64,000 nucleotides of DNA from Methanotrichaceae archaeon (GTDB lineage Archaea; Halobacteriota; Methanosarcinia; Methanotrichales; Methanotrichaceae): assembly GCA_963803855.1 (NCBI GenBank), contig CAWDNX010000003.1, positions 23,966 to 87,965 on the forward strand, given 5' to 3'. Under the pieces are notes generated by a model. The model did not search any database. It saw nothing but the letters and a program-made list of their open reading frames with translations, and was not told the DNA's origin. The position numbers and the translations under genes are program-made. Numbering within the stretch: position 1 is the first letter of the stretch; each line of letters starts with the position of its first letter. Positions 48,313-59,501 of the stretch are shown piece by piece.

Positions 48313-48723
48313 ATGGTGTTGAGGAAATCAATTCTATTGGCTTTAGCGCTGATGCTATCGGCTTGCAGTGCCTATGCATTTGGCGGTCCAGGATCTATAG
48401 TTGTGGATATCGTGGGAAGCGTAACCGATAATACAAAGATCACGTCATCCGGCATGGAAAAAGTGGAGCTGGAGATCATCGGAAGCGAGGCAAATAATAC
48501 AATTATCTCTCCACCTGAGAAGGTTGTAATATGCCCAAAACATATCTGCCCTGACACAATTTATCCTGAGTGTGAAAAGACGAAAACAAGGAGAAACGTT
48601 ATCCCTGGGAGAATATGCATCTGGGAGTCGATGCCTGGTATGGCACTTTCTGGTACACAGATATCAATATGCCGAAGTGGCCCCAATTCTAGATCGGGAA
48701 ACCTGAAGCATCATGTCATTTAA
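48313..48723 (+). CDS. Secreted hypothetical protein
   Basis: RBS GGAGG, signal peptide, repeated V.(V/L).I(V/I)GS...N..I motif. Confidence 0.6.
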   Translation: MVLRKSILLALALMLSACSAYAFGGPGSIVVDIVGSVTDNTKITSSGMEKVELEIIGSEANNTIISPPEKVVICPKHICPDTIYPECEKTKTRRNVIPGRICIWESMPGMALSGTQISICRSGPNSRSGNLKHHVI

Positions 48724-49009
48724 AACCAAATTAACTTTTTTAATAATAACTTTCTAAATTCTATCCCATGAAGAGTTGAGGGAATAAAACGGCCCAGGGT
48801 GAGGGGATGGCTAAGGGTAGCAGAAAAGCCCTGGAGCCGTTTCATTGTCTTGGTTTTGTTCTTACATAATATTAATAATAACAATGTAATCATCATAGTA
48901 TTTAACTCTTTCGATATTCAAATTCAGTTATCTTTTGATGGCATAGCACTCATCGATTTAGGCCAATGAAAGTGATTAAATACACCCTGGATTTACCTCA
49001 AATAGATCC

Positions 49010-50942
49010 ATGCATAATTCCAGCAAGACATTCTCTCCCGGCAAGAGCGAGCTATTCTGGTGCGAAAATTGCAGCATTCCCCTTCTGGCGGAAAGATGCT
49101 CCACCTGCCATAGCTTTGGCCGCAAAATAGAGCTCGCGCCGCCAGGCGACATCCGTCTCTGTTCCAGGGCGGCAAAAGAGCTTCTCTCTTTGCTTTTCAC
49201 TCAAAATTACGGCTATGCAGATTTCCTGGAAGGCAGGATAATCTTGCTCAATAAGATTGCCGGATTGGACCGTCGCGATCAGGTGATCCTGGAAGGTCGC
49301 CACATCGCAACGCTCTGGTTTGATGTCACAGCCGGCTGCCACAAGCTGGATTTAGAGACTTCTGGCGCAGCCCTGCTTTCCGAGCAGAGCAAAGAAAGGC
49401 CTGGTTGTATGTGACGACTCAATATTAAGAGGCCACATAAAGGGCAAGTGGCTGGCAGAGGAGAAGATCATAAGCGGGCCATCTGCCCGGGAAGAAGGCC
49501 AAAACGTCGTCCTGAAAATAGGAAAATTTTCCGGCGTGGGCGTGGTTAGCAAAAAGGCAGACGGCTCTCCGTCCATTCGCATCAAGGATGTGACGAAGAG
49601 TGATTTTACCCTTCAGCGAAAAGAGGCCATCCCTGCAGGATATAGTCTCCGCCAATGAGCAGAACTCTAAAAGACCTGGAGAAGGCGGCAATAAGTGAGA
49701 TCAAGAAATATCTGTCCAAAAACCGGCTTCCTGTAAACGTCTCCTTCAGCGGGGGAAAAGACAGCCTGGCCTGCCTTTGCCTTGCCCAAAAAATACTCTC
49801 CCGGCCAGAGGTTCTCTTCATCAACACCGGTCTGGAATTTCCCGAGACCGTGGAATATGTGCATAAGCTGTGCGCTGCCCAGAAGCTGCGGCTGCAAGAG
49901 ATCAAAGGAGAGAGCGACTTTTTTGAGCAGGTGAAGAGCTTCGGCCCCCCTGCCAAAGATTTTCGCTGGTGCTGCAAGACCAACAAGCTGGGACCAATGA
50001 CTGCTTTTCTTAAAGAGCACTACCCCAGGGGCTGCGTGACAATTGATGGGCGGCGCATCTACGAATCCTTCAACCGTTCTACCATCAAGGCCGTGGAGAG
50101 AAATCCCTACGTTCCCAGCCAAACCACGCTGGCGCCCATTAGAAATTGGCGGGCGCTGGAGGTCATGCTCTACATCTACTGGAATAAGATGCAGCCAAAT
50201 CCGCTTTATGAGGAGGACTTCGAGCGCATAGGCTGCTGGCTGTGCCCAGCCGCGCTGCAATCTGAGTTTGCCAGCCTGAAAGTAACGCATCCCCAGCTTT
50301 ATGACCGGTGGACGGCCTCTCTAAAGGAATGGGCGGACGAGAATAAGCTGGATAAGAGATACATCGATTGGGGTTTTTGGCGCTGGAAGAGGCATCCTCC
50401 CAAGATGCTGGAGATGGCAAAGGAGCACAATATAAACCTTCAAGTCAGGTGCTGCCGGGAAAGAAAAAATCACTTTGCAGGCACTGCGAGGCCGATCGCC
50501 CTGCGGTCTGGAGTACTCCATCGAAGCGACTCTATGCGCTCCCCAGAATCATCCCTTTTCCTACGTTGCCGCGGCCCTTAATATTTTGGGCGAGGTGAAA
50601 TATGAGGAAGATCTGGGGGCAGCGGTGATAAAGACCGAAAAAGGAAGGGTCACCGTCTTTGCCAACGGACACATCATGATCATTGCCGGCAAAGAGCAGG
50701 CGGAGGAGCTGCTGCGAGATGTCTGCGAGACGGTCCTTCGCGCCCAGATGTGCACGAGATGCAAGATCTGCGAGAAGAACTGCCCTCGAGGGGCAATTAC
50801 CGTGGCAGAGACCATAACAATTGATGTGAAATTGTGCAATCACTGCAAAAAGTGCGCCAAAGGCTGCATTGCTGCCGACCGGGCCGCGAAGATCTATGCC
50901 AGGCTTGCCGGAGCAGAGACGATATCCCGGATTTCCTCTTGA
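49010..50942 (+). CDS. PAPS-reductase-family protein with N-terminal Zn ribbon and C-terminal 4Fe-4S ferredoxin (split by frameshifts)
   Basis: WCENC..C..C, SFSGGKDS, RWCCKTNK, RIGCWLCP, two CxxCxxCxxxC motifs. Confidence 0.85.
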
Positions 50943-51009
50943 TTTCGGGAGTGATTTATGCCCATTTACCAGTACGACTTGGAACCCATCTGCTTGAACC
51001 AACCAGTGC

Positions 51010-51086
51010 GACTATATCTATCTCGGCATCGAGTGACCACCTGCTAAAGCTGTGCCTCAGCAGATGCAGCGTGATCCTCTTTCGCT
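51010..51086 (-). pseudogene. Tyrosine recombinase C-terminal remnant
   Basis: Minus-strand RKRITLHLLRHSFSRWSLDAEIDI carries the HxLRH motif. Confidence 0.5.
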
Positions 51087-51436
51087 ATAAGATGTGGAAT
51101 GCCCGCCAGAGAGATCGGCGAGCGATATTCATCTATATCTTGCCGCGTTTTGGCTTCTGGTTTTTTTCTCCATCAAGCTTCTTCGCTTTCTGATCCTTCT
51201 TGCTCACTTTTTCTCTCTCAATTCCGTCACCTTGTTGCATATTTTATGTCACCTCACTTGATCCTTTAGTCATTTCAGCCAATACGATAAATGCCAGTTG
51301 TAGCCAAGGATGCATGACCCAGCTGATCCTGGAGATCCCCCCACAGGTACACCGCGATCAAGGCTCCAGACCGCCTTCGAGGCAGCAACCTATGAGACAC
51401 GTAGCTATGCCCTTGAAAAAATAAAACTTCAGGGCT

Positions 51437-52008
51437 TCATAAGCTCTCTTCCCAGGGAGAAAGCTTTGCCAATGAATCTTCCCACGCCATTATATTTGCG
51501 CCCCTCCGGAGAAAACAGAACTGGTCGAATCTTCTCAATATCCGGCAGACCATCGGCTCCCAGACACGACTCGTCAGCCTTGACATCCAGGATCTCGCCG
51601 ATGAACTCGGTGTGGAGACCGATTTCAACGAAGCGATGCAGCTTGCACTCAATAGCTACCGGAAATTCCTTTACCAGCGGCGCATCTACTCAGTTCGCTT
51701 TTTAGCGGTGTCAAACCACTTGCTGCAAACTTATCCACGTCTCTACCTGAGACCAAGCCGAAATAGTCCGCATGCTTGGCGTAATCCTCTGAGGGTAGGC
51801 ATACGGTGAATGCCTTGCGATTCATGATGTTGCCATAGGTATAGGTAGCTTTCCGAAGAGAAACGGCAATGCATGGTGGACTGGAGCAGCAGATACCAAC
51901 CCATGCAGCCGTCATTACATTTGGCTTTCCGGTAGGGTCATAGGTCCCAATCACGCATAGTGGCGTGGGATAAAGAAGGGTCTTCGCCCCCAGCGACTTT
52001 TTCATCAT
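51437..52008 (-). CDS. Flavin reductase-like protein (frameshift near 51680)
   Basis: [31 protein letters not shown]; other frame gives [13 protein letters not shown]. Confidence 0.85.
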
Positions 52009-52198
52009 TACCATCTCCATGGACTTGTTAGGGTTTCTATGAAATAGCAAGTCAGCTATCCCCACTAAAGAATTGACAGAAACTATAAATCTTCTGGCGT
52101 ACTCTATTAGTTTCGCCACTTTGCGAAGTGTTCCCGGTTTTAGATTTCGGTGGGACAAAACCCCAGTCGCGGAACTGGAACAGGAGGACATACGAGGG

Positions 52199-52837
52199 AT
52201 GCTGACAGAACTGGAAGATAAGAGAGGCAAACTCAGGCAGGAGTCCCTTGCCTTCAAGGATCGAAGAAGCCAACTGAACGCTGAAGCAAGCAAATGGGCC
52301 GCCAAGCGAAATGAGCTCAACAAGGCCACCCAAGAGCTGATTGACAAGGCCTATGAGTTCAAGAAGCTGAGGGACGAGAGCAACAAGAATGTGGCACAGT
52401 CCAAAAAGAAGAGGGATGAGTCCAACGAGAAAATCAACCAGCTCTCTGCAAAGATAGACGATATCCGAAAGAAGCACAACCTCACCGGTGAGCGCTCCAT
52501 TAGAGATCCGCGCGGCGAGATAGATCTTCTGGAGTTTCGGCAACAAACGGAGGTTTTAAGCCCGGATAAAGAGAAGCAGCTGGTCGATAAAATTGCTGCT
52601 CTGCGTGCAGAGTTAAAAGGAAGAAAAGAGCAGCTTGAGAAGAACGAAGAGCTGAGGAAGCTTCTCGATGAAGAGCAAGCCTTGAGAGATCAGGCATCTA
52701 GTTACCACGATCAAGTAATCAAGTTCGCGGAAATGGCCCAGGAATACCACGATCAGATGATTGGTGCCTTCAAAGAAGCCGATCAGACTCGTGCCGAAGC
52801 CGATGCCGCTCAAAAGGAGTTCTTGAAGGCTCAGTGA
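52199..52837 (+). CDS. Archaeal coiled-coil protein (possibly 3'-truncated)
   Basis: [23 protein letters not shown] repeats. Confidence 0.75.
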   Translation: MLTELEDKRGKLRQESLAFKDRRSQLNAEASKWAAKRNELNKATQELIDKAYEFKKLRDESNKNVAQSKKKRDESNEKINQLSAKIDDIRKKHNLTGERSIRDPRGEIDLLEFRQQTEVLSPDKEKQLVDKIAALRAELKGRKEQLEKNEELRKLLDEEQALRDQASSYHDQVIKFAEMAQEYHDQMIGAFKEADQTRAEADAAQKEFLKAQ

Positions 52838-52866
52838 CTTATCATCGATATTTTTTGTACATCAGT

Positions 52867-55061
52867 ATGTCTATAAACACAATCAACGAACTATCCGGTA
52901 TTCCTGCTATCCATCTTCAAATTAAAAAGCTGGCTTTGCAGTTATCCCTGGGCGAGAGAGAGGTTTTAGCCACAGTAGAGTTGCTGGACAGCGGCGCAAC
53001 GCTTCCCTTCATTGCCAGATACCGAAAAGAGGCCACAGGAAATCTGGATGAGGTGGCAATTGCCAGGATTCGTGATCAACTCTATAAAAATCGACAGCTC
53101 GAAGAGAGACGGGACGCCATCTTGCATTCTCTGGCCAAACGGGAGCTGCTCACAGCGGATCTGCAAGCCAAGCTGCAGGCAGCCGACACTCTGGCCCGTC
53201 TGGAGGACATTTACCTTCCCTTCCGGCCCAAGAGGAAGACCCGGGCCACTGTGGCGAAAGAGCGCGGCCTGGAGCCGCTGGCTAAGAGGATCTTCGCTCA
53301 GGACCAGAGCCGCCAGGACCCGGAGAAAGCTGGCATTATCCTTTGTGGATGCCGAGAAGGGTGTCGCCTCGGCAAAAGAGGCCCTGGCCGGGGCAAGGGA
53401 CATCATGGCCGAGTGGATGAGCGAGGATGCAGAGGCGCGACTTCGCATGAGGGCCCTCTATCAATCGCAGGGCTGTCCTCCGGTCCGTGGCAGTTGCCGG
53501 AAAGAGGAGAATCGTCTGATGCGAAAGACGACGCAAAATTCAGGGACTATCTGGACTATTCCGAAGCCCTCACCAGGGCAAGCCCGCACAGGCTCCTGGC
53601 CATGCTGCGAGGAGCGCGGGCGGGCGCGCTCAGCCTGCATGTAGCTCCGGCTGAGGAGGACGGGCCTGGCGGTTTTAGAGGAACTCTTCATAAAGGGAAG
53701 CGGTCCGGCCTCAGATCAGGTGATGCAGGCAGCAGAGGACGGCTACCGGCGGCTCCTTGCCCCCTCCATGGAAAATGAGACGCTAGCGGCGGCACGCGCC
53801 CATGCCGAGGAGAAAGCCATCGAGGTCTTTTCCGAAAACCTGCGCCAGGTTCTCCTGGATCCCCCTCTGGGACAAAAGTGCGTCCTGGCCGTTGATCCGG
53901 GACTACGTACGGGCTGCAAGCTGGCTGTGCTCGATCGCCTGGGCCGGCTGCAAGAGAGCCATGTGATTTACCCCCATGACACTCAGAAGAAGAGGGAGGA
54001 AGCGGCAGCCCTGGTGGGTGCGATCTGCAAGAAGAAAGGCATCGAGGTGATTGCCGTGGGCAACGGCACGGCGGGCAGAGAGACGCAGGCCTTCTTGCAG
54101 AGCCTGCGGCTGGAGCCGCCAATCATGATGGTCAACGAATCGGGGGCATCGGTTTATTCTACGTCGGATGTGGCCCGGCAGGAGTTTCCCCATGAGGATG
54201 CCACTGTGCGCGGCACGGTCTCCATTGGGCGGCGGCTCATGGACCCGCTGGCAGAACTGGTCAAGATCGAGCCCAAGGCCATAGGCGTCGGCCAGTACCA
54301 GCATGACGTGGACCAGCCGGCGCTGCGGCGCGCTTTGGACGATGTGGTCTCTTCCTGCTGTAAACCTGGTGGGAGTGGATGTGAATGCCGCCAGCCGGGA
54401 GCTTCTGGCTTACGTCTCCGGTCTGGGGCCCAAGCTGGCCGAGGCGGTGGTGAAGTACAGAAATGAGCATGGCCTCTTTGGCTCGCGCCAGGATCTGCAC
54501 AAAGTGCCGCGCCTGGGGCCCAAGGCCTTCGAGCAGGCAGCGGGATTTTTGCGCATTCGTGATAGCAACAATCCCCTGGACGGCACGGCGGTGCATCCGG
54601 AGAGCTACCCTCTGGTGGAGCGGATGGCGGGCGATTTGGGCGTCACCGTCAAAGAGCTGATGCAAAATGAGAGCCTCCTGAAAAAGCTGGACCCAAAGAA
54701 ATACATCAGCGAGAAAGCGGGCGCTGCCACGCTGCAGGACATTTTGGAGGAGCTGTCCCGGCCGGGCCGCGATCCCAGAGCGGAGTTTGAGGCCTTTAGC
54801 TTTGCTCCGGGAATTGAGAAGATGGAGGATCTCAAGGTGGGCATGAAGCTGCCGGGCATTGTGACCAATGTCACCGCCTTCGGGGCCTTCGTGGACATTG
54901 GCGTGCATCAGGACGGGCTGGTGCATATCAGCCAGCTTCGGGATGGCTACGTGAAGAATCCCACCGACGTGGTGAAGGCCAGGCAGAAGGTCACGGTCAG
55001 GGTGCTGGATGTGGATCTGGAGAGGAAGAGGATATCGCTTTCGATGAAAAAATCAGACTGA
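52867..55061 (+). CDS. tex: Tex-family S1 RNA-binding protein (multiple frameshifts)
   Basis: PFIARYRKEATG, DPGLRTGCK, SIGRRLMDPLAELVKI, FGAFVDIGVHQDGLVHIS. Confidence 0.92.
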
Positions 55062-55136
55062 GGCGAAATCCTTAAATATCGGCGAACGATTACAGTCTAA
55101 TTCGGCAAAAGTCGAAGACCATCATTTATATCCCTC

Positions 55137-56037
55137 CTACACTAAGACTTTTGCCTCCCTCCTATTCATCGCGGCATCAGATCTCTTGCGCTTCTCTCTC
55201 GCCCACATTCCAGCATAATCTCCTGCGCCCTTGGCAAAGGCTGCATCTGCCTCGGCCTCTCTGCCCAACGCCATGAGAGCAAGGCCCTTGCTGTTCCAGG
55301 CCCTGGCATGCCTGGCATCGATCTCAATGGCCCTATCAATATCCTCGATAGCTTCTGCGTACCGGCTCAGGCGCCGCAGAGCCTCGCCCCGGCTGACCCA
55401 GGCATCGGCATTTAGCGGATCGATCTGAAGCGCCCGGTCGAAATGCGCTACAGCCTCATCGTATCTGTGCAGCTTGGCCAGAGCTGCGCCTTTGTTGTTC
55501 CAGAACTCGCCTCTCTCCGGCTGCAAGGCGATGGACCGGTCAAAGCAATCCAGGGCCGCTTCGTAGTCGCCCATATTTCCCAGAGCTGCGCCTCGATTGC
55601 TCCATACCCTGGCACCATTGGGATTCAGCTCAAGGGCTTCTATCATAATAATCGACGGCCTCCTGATACCTTCCCAGCCTGTCCAGAATTACGCCTTTGT
55701 TGTACCAGGCTCTCACGTAGCTGGGATCTGTCCTGATGATGGCGTCAAAATATGCTAGGGCCTCCGCGTATCTCTTTTGTTTGTAGAAAACAACGCCTTT
55801 GTTGTTCTGTGCATCAGTGTAATGTGGATCTATCTCAAGGGCAGCATCAAAGGATAGAATGGCCTCCTCATGCCGGCCCAGTCGGCATAAGGCCAGACCC
55901 CTGCGGTTCCATAGCGTTGCGTCTTTTGCATCTGTCTCTATGGCTTTATCATAAAATGAGAGGGCTTCATCGAATTTGCCTTTCTGGTATAGAACATCTG
56001 CTTTTTCTGCCAGGGAAACATCATCCATGATAAGCAC
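55137..56037 (-). CDS. TPR-repeat protein (frameshift near 55640)
   Basis: Repeated W.NKG..L..LGRY.EA...FD.AL. Confidence 0.85.
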
Positions 56038-56445
56038 CGCCAGATTGATGTGAGAAGATAACTCCTCGTGGGTGAACTTAGTTTAATGGTTCAACATGGA
56101 TTATCTTCCCATGGGATACGGGCCATTAGAACTTAATTGGATGGGACTGATAAATCCGTTGCGCTTCTCTAAGTTGTCGCTTCTGCTGCGGTGTGACGGA
56201 GTAGGTTTCCTCGCTCTGCAAAAATACTTTTGCGTCCTCTTCGCTCAGAGTTAAACCGAGCCGTAGTGCCTTGGCCATATTGCGCACATCTCCTTTGTCC
56301 ATATTATCTTGGTATTAGGTATTACCAGGCACTTGAGCCGTCGAAGATTAATCACTCTTCCGAGGAAATCCGCTACAGGATAATTTGTTTAGAATACCCT
56401 GCAACTCTGCTGTGGGGGGTGCGCAGCCACAATTTGATTTATGCG

Positions 56446-56727
56446 TTACGCACTCATGGTCAGCTCTACCTGTCCGGCTGCAATCGGCTTGGACAGAAGT
56501 CGTCCGGCTCGGAATGAGGCTATGATCACGTCGATCTTCTCAGAGACCGCCGGGGTAATGTATGACTCATCGCAAAGATCGCACATCCATGCCGGAACAT
56601 TCCTGATAACGATTACTTCATTGTCGATCTCCACAATATGCTTTGTGAAGCCTTTCTGCAATTTCCCTCGCCCGCATGAGCATGTATCAGGGATCAGTTC
56701 GATTTCCTCGTCTTGTGGTCTATCCAT
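56446..56727 (-). CDS. YgiT-type zinc-finger protein
   Basis: CSCG..VIVIRNVPAWMCDLCDE. Confidence 0.8.
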   Translation of the reverse strand: MDRPQDEEIELIPDTCSCGRGKLQKGFTKHIVEIDNEVIVIRNVPAWMCDLCDESYITPAVSEKIDVIIASFRAGRLLSKPIAAGQVELTMSA

Positions 56728-56882
56728 TTTTCCTCATCCGGCCAGTACACGGTAATTATTCTCGCGTGATTCTTGCAGAGAGCGACTACGGCGTGACAGT
56801 GACAATCCGCCACAGTGCCTAATATCAAAGCTGATGGACACGGCTCGCTGTCCGGGTATTCCTCGATTATATCGATCGCCAA
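56694..56882 (-). pseudogene. 5'-truncated DUF4258 toxin
   Basis: IIEEYPD..P.PSALILG..HAVVA..IITVYWPD..W. Confidence 0.7.
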
Positions 56883-56935
56883 GAGCCTTCTTTTTTATAC
56901 TCTGCCGTCCATATATCCCGGAGGGAAGAATTGTT

Positions 56936-57785
56936 ATGACTATCACTACGAGGCTCTTTGGAAAGTCGGGCCCGCCCGTCACTCAGGTGGGCCTGGGCGG
57001 GGAGGGCGTGCTGCGCACCCACGGGCGCGAGCCGGAGGCCAAAGCCGTGATCGAGCAGGCTGCCGCCCAAGGCATAACCTACTTCGACTCGGCCCAGGCC
57101 TACGCAGGCAGCCAGGGCTACTATGGCAATTTTTGGCGCAGCCACCAGGAGCTGCGCTCCGGCATCTTTCAGACCAGCAAGTCCGCCGCCCGAGACTATC
57201 AGGGGCGCCAAGGCCGATCTGGCAGAGTCCCTGGAGATCATGGGCCTGGATCGCCTGGACCTGTGGCAGATTCACGATCTACGGACCCGCCAGGATATCG
57301 AGGAGATCGAGGGGCCGGGCGGTGCCTTGCGGGCGTTTGTGGAGGCCAGAGACGCCGGACTGGTGCGCTTTTTGGGCGTCACCGGCCACCATGCCCCCAA
57401 AATCCTGGAGCACGCTGTGAAAAACTGGCCGGTGGACAGCGTTCTCATGCCCGTCAACCCAGCGGAAGCCGTCCTGGGCGGATTTCTGGACAGGGTCATG
57501 GCCGCTGCCCAGGATCGTGGCCTCGCCGTTATCGGCATGAAGGTGCTGGGCGGCTCACACTACATCTCCCCAGAGGACGGGGTGACGGCGGAGCTGCTCC
57601 TGCGCTTTGCCCTTTCCCGGGAGATCAGCACGGCAATTGTGGGCTGCAAAAGCGCCAGGGAGGTGCAGGCGCTGGCCCAGGTGGGCAGCGAGTTTCAGCC
57701 CCTGGCGGCAGAGGAGGAGAAGAAGCTGCTGGAGCTGTTCCGGCCCCATGCCAGGAGACTGGCGTACTACCGGGGGGTGATTTAG
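56936..57785 (+). CDS. Aldo/keto reductase (frameshift near 57205)
   Basis: GLGGEG, YFDSAQAY, DLWQIHD, GVTGH, GMKVLGG. Confidence 0.88.
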
Positions 57786-57840
57786 GAGAAGAAGGCACTT
57801 GAGATTATTTGCTATTTTATCGATTCGTGTTAACTTCCTA

Positions 57841-58930
57841 GTACGTGTTTAGCTCCCGATAAATCATTCCTAAATTTACCACAAAATGTTTTTAGACCAG
57901 AAAAATTAAATAATATGAAGATAATACATATTCATTAGGAGTATGCACGAAGAAGAGACAATTAAGCAACCTCAAGAGCGGATCAAACAATTAGAGCTTG
58001 AGAATGAGTTGCTTAAGGCAAGATTAGGTGAGATTGAGCCGCTTAAGGCTAAGATCTGCGAGCTTGTATTATCGAGGAAATCCCTGAACCTCAACCGATC
58101 ATTGTCACTGAATACAAAATTGCGCATTACAGATGTCCCTGCTGCCGGAAAGAAGTTGTTGCAAGCGATCCTGGCTGTCCGCATGAAGGCAAATTCGGAA
58201 AACAACGTAATTGCGCATGCGACAATGTTAAAATATGATGGTAGAATGCCTCACAGAAAGATACACGACGCAATGATGAGACTATTCGGTCTGAAAATAA
58301 GTCCTGCTACGATACTTGATTTAACCCGTCGCGCTGCTGATGCGGTTCAATCAGAATATGATGCGATTCTAAAGAAGATTCGAGGCGCTCCGATCCTGTA
58401 TGTGGATGAAACGTCAATTCATGTCCAGGGAGAAAGACATTGGATCTGGACCTTTTCCACACCATCGGAGTCTTTTTTCGTGATTCGGAAGAGCCGAGGC
58501 ATGAAGGTTCTGACGGAAGTCTTAACTCGGAAATTCAAGGGAATAATCGTATGCGACGGTTGGAAACCTTATGCCAGGTTCACAAATCGCATTCAGCGAT
58601 GTTGGGCACATCTTCTTCGAGAGTCAAAAGAGATTTCAGAGAAGTTCGAGGAAGCTATTCCGCTACATAACATGCTCAAAGAGCTCTACGAGATACTAAC
58701 CGAGGCTTTGGAAAACGATCCACCGCCAAAAGTCAGAAAGAATTTATGGAAATTGGCGCGAAAAGTGCTTCGGCAATGGATCAGGAAAGAGTATTCTGTC
58801 GAGAAAGTCCGGAAATTCATCGGGAAAATCAACAATGGGTTTGACTACTGGTTCACTTTTATTATCAATCCGGATGTAGAGCCGACCAATAATCGAGCAG
58901 AGAGAGCGTTGCGACCCCATGATTGGCAAA
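57841..58930 (+). mobile_element. IS66-family transposase, deleted/degenerate (ORF 57943-59001)
   Basis: YVDET, CDGWKPY, QRCWAHLLR, EPTNNRAERALR. Confidence 0.85.
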
Positions 58931-58997
58931 GAGATGACTTCCAGAATGGACCGCAGGTTGATCTTTTCAATCACAAAGCCTCCTCCACTTGGCGAAT

Positions 58998-59501
58998 CTA
59001 GCCGAGCTCTGGTTTGGTAAATCTTAGCACACATCTCCCCTCTCCCCGGCAGATCCTCTCCTCCCGCTCGAATCCGATCTCCCAGACCACTCCTTCCGCA
59101 AACTCGCTCGCCCACACCGAGTTTTCCACCATGCAGATGAGATCGCTCACCTTCTCCGAAAGATTCCCGCGCCCCGACTTTACCATCAGATCATGCCAGG
59201 GGCACCTCTTGACGATCACGGCAAAGCCCTCACTTCGCGGCTCTATCTCATACTCGAAGCCCTCCAGGGCCAGGCGGACGGAGAGAGCCTGCTCCAGCCC
59301 CTCAAGGCCCCCAGGCAGTTGCATCATGCCCTTGAGGGTACGGGCCTGAATCTTGGGCAGAACCTTCCAGACGGCCTCGTCCAGCCGCAAGGCCTCATCA
59401 AAGCCCAGCCTCTCCTCGACCTTCATAAACCACAGCCCATCCACAGCCGTGTAGGACCGCCGGAAGTACTCCGCCTTCTGCTCCTCTGTCAAGCGGGTCA
59501 T
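58998..59501 (-). CDS. DUF6125-family protein
   Basis: SYTAVDGLWF..VEE..G, RCPW, IC.G...C. Confidence 0.75.
   Translation of the reverse strand: MTRLTEEQKAEYFRRSYTAVDGLWFMKVEERLGFDEALRLDEAVWKVLPKIQARTLKGMMQLPGGLEGLEQALSVRLALEGFEYEIEPRSEGFAVIVKRCPWHDLMVKSGRGNLSEKVSDLICMVENSVWASEFAEGVVWEIGFEREERICRGEGRCVLRFTKPELG

Noticed and set aside
7101-57785. Mass pseudogenisation or programmed frameshifting (iscS, ferritin, CDGSH, PAPS reductase, flavin reductase, tex, TPR, AKR)
   Set aside because: Isolated single-base indels in otherwise intact genes are better explained by long-read errors; needs read-level checking
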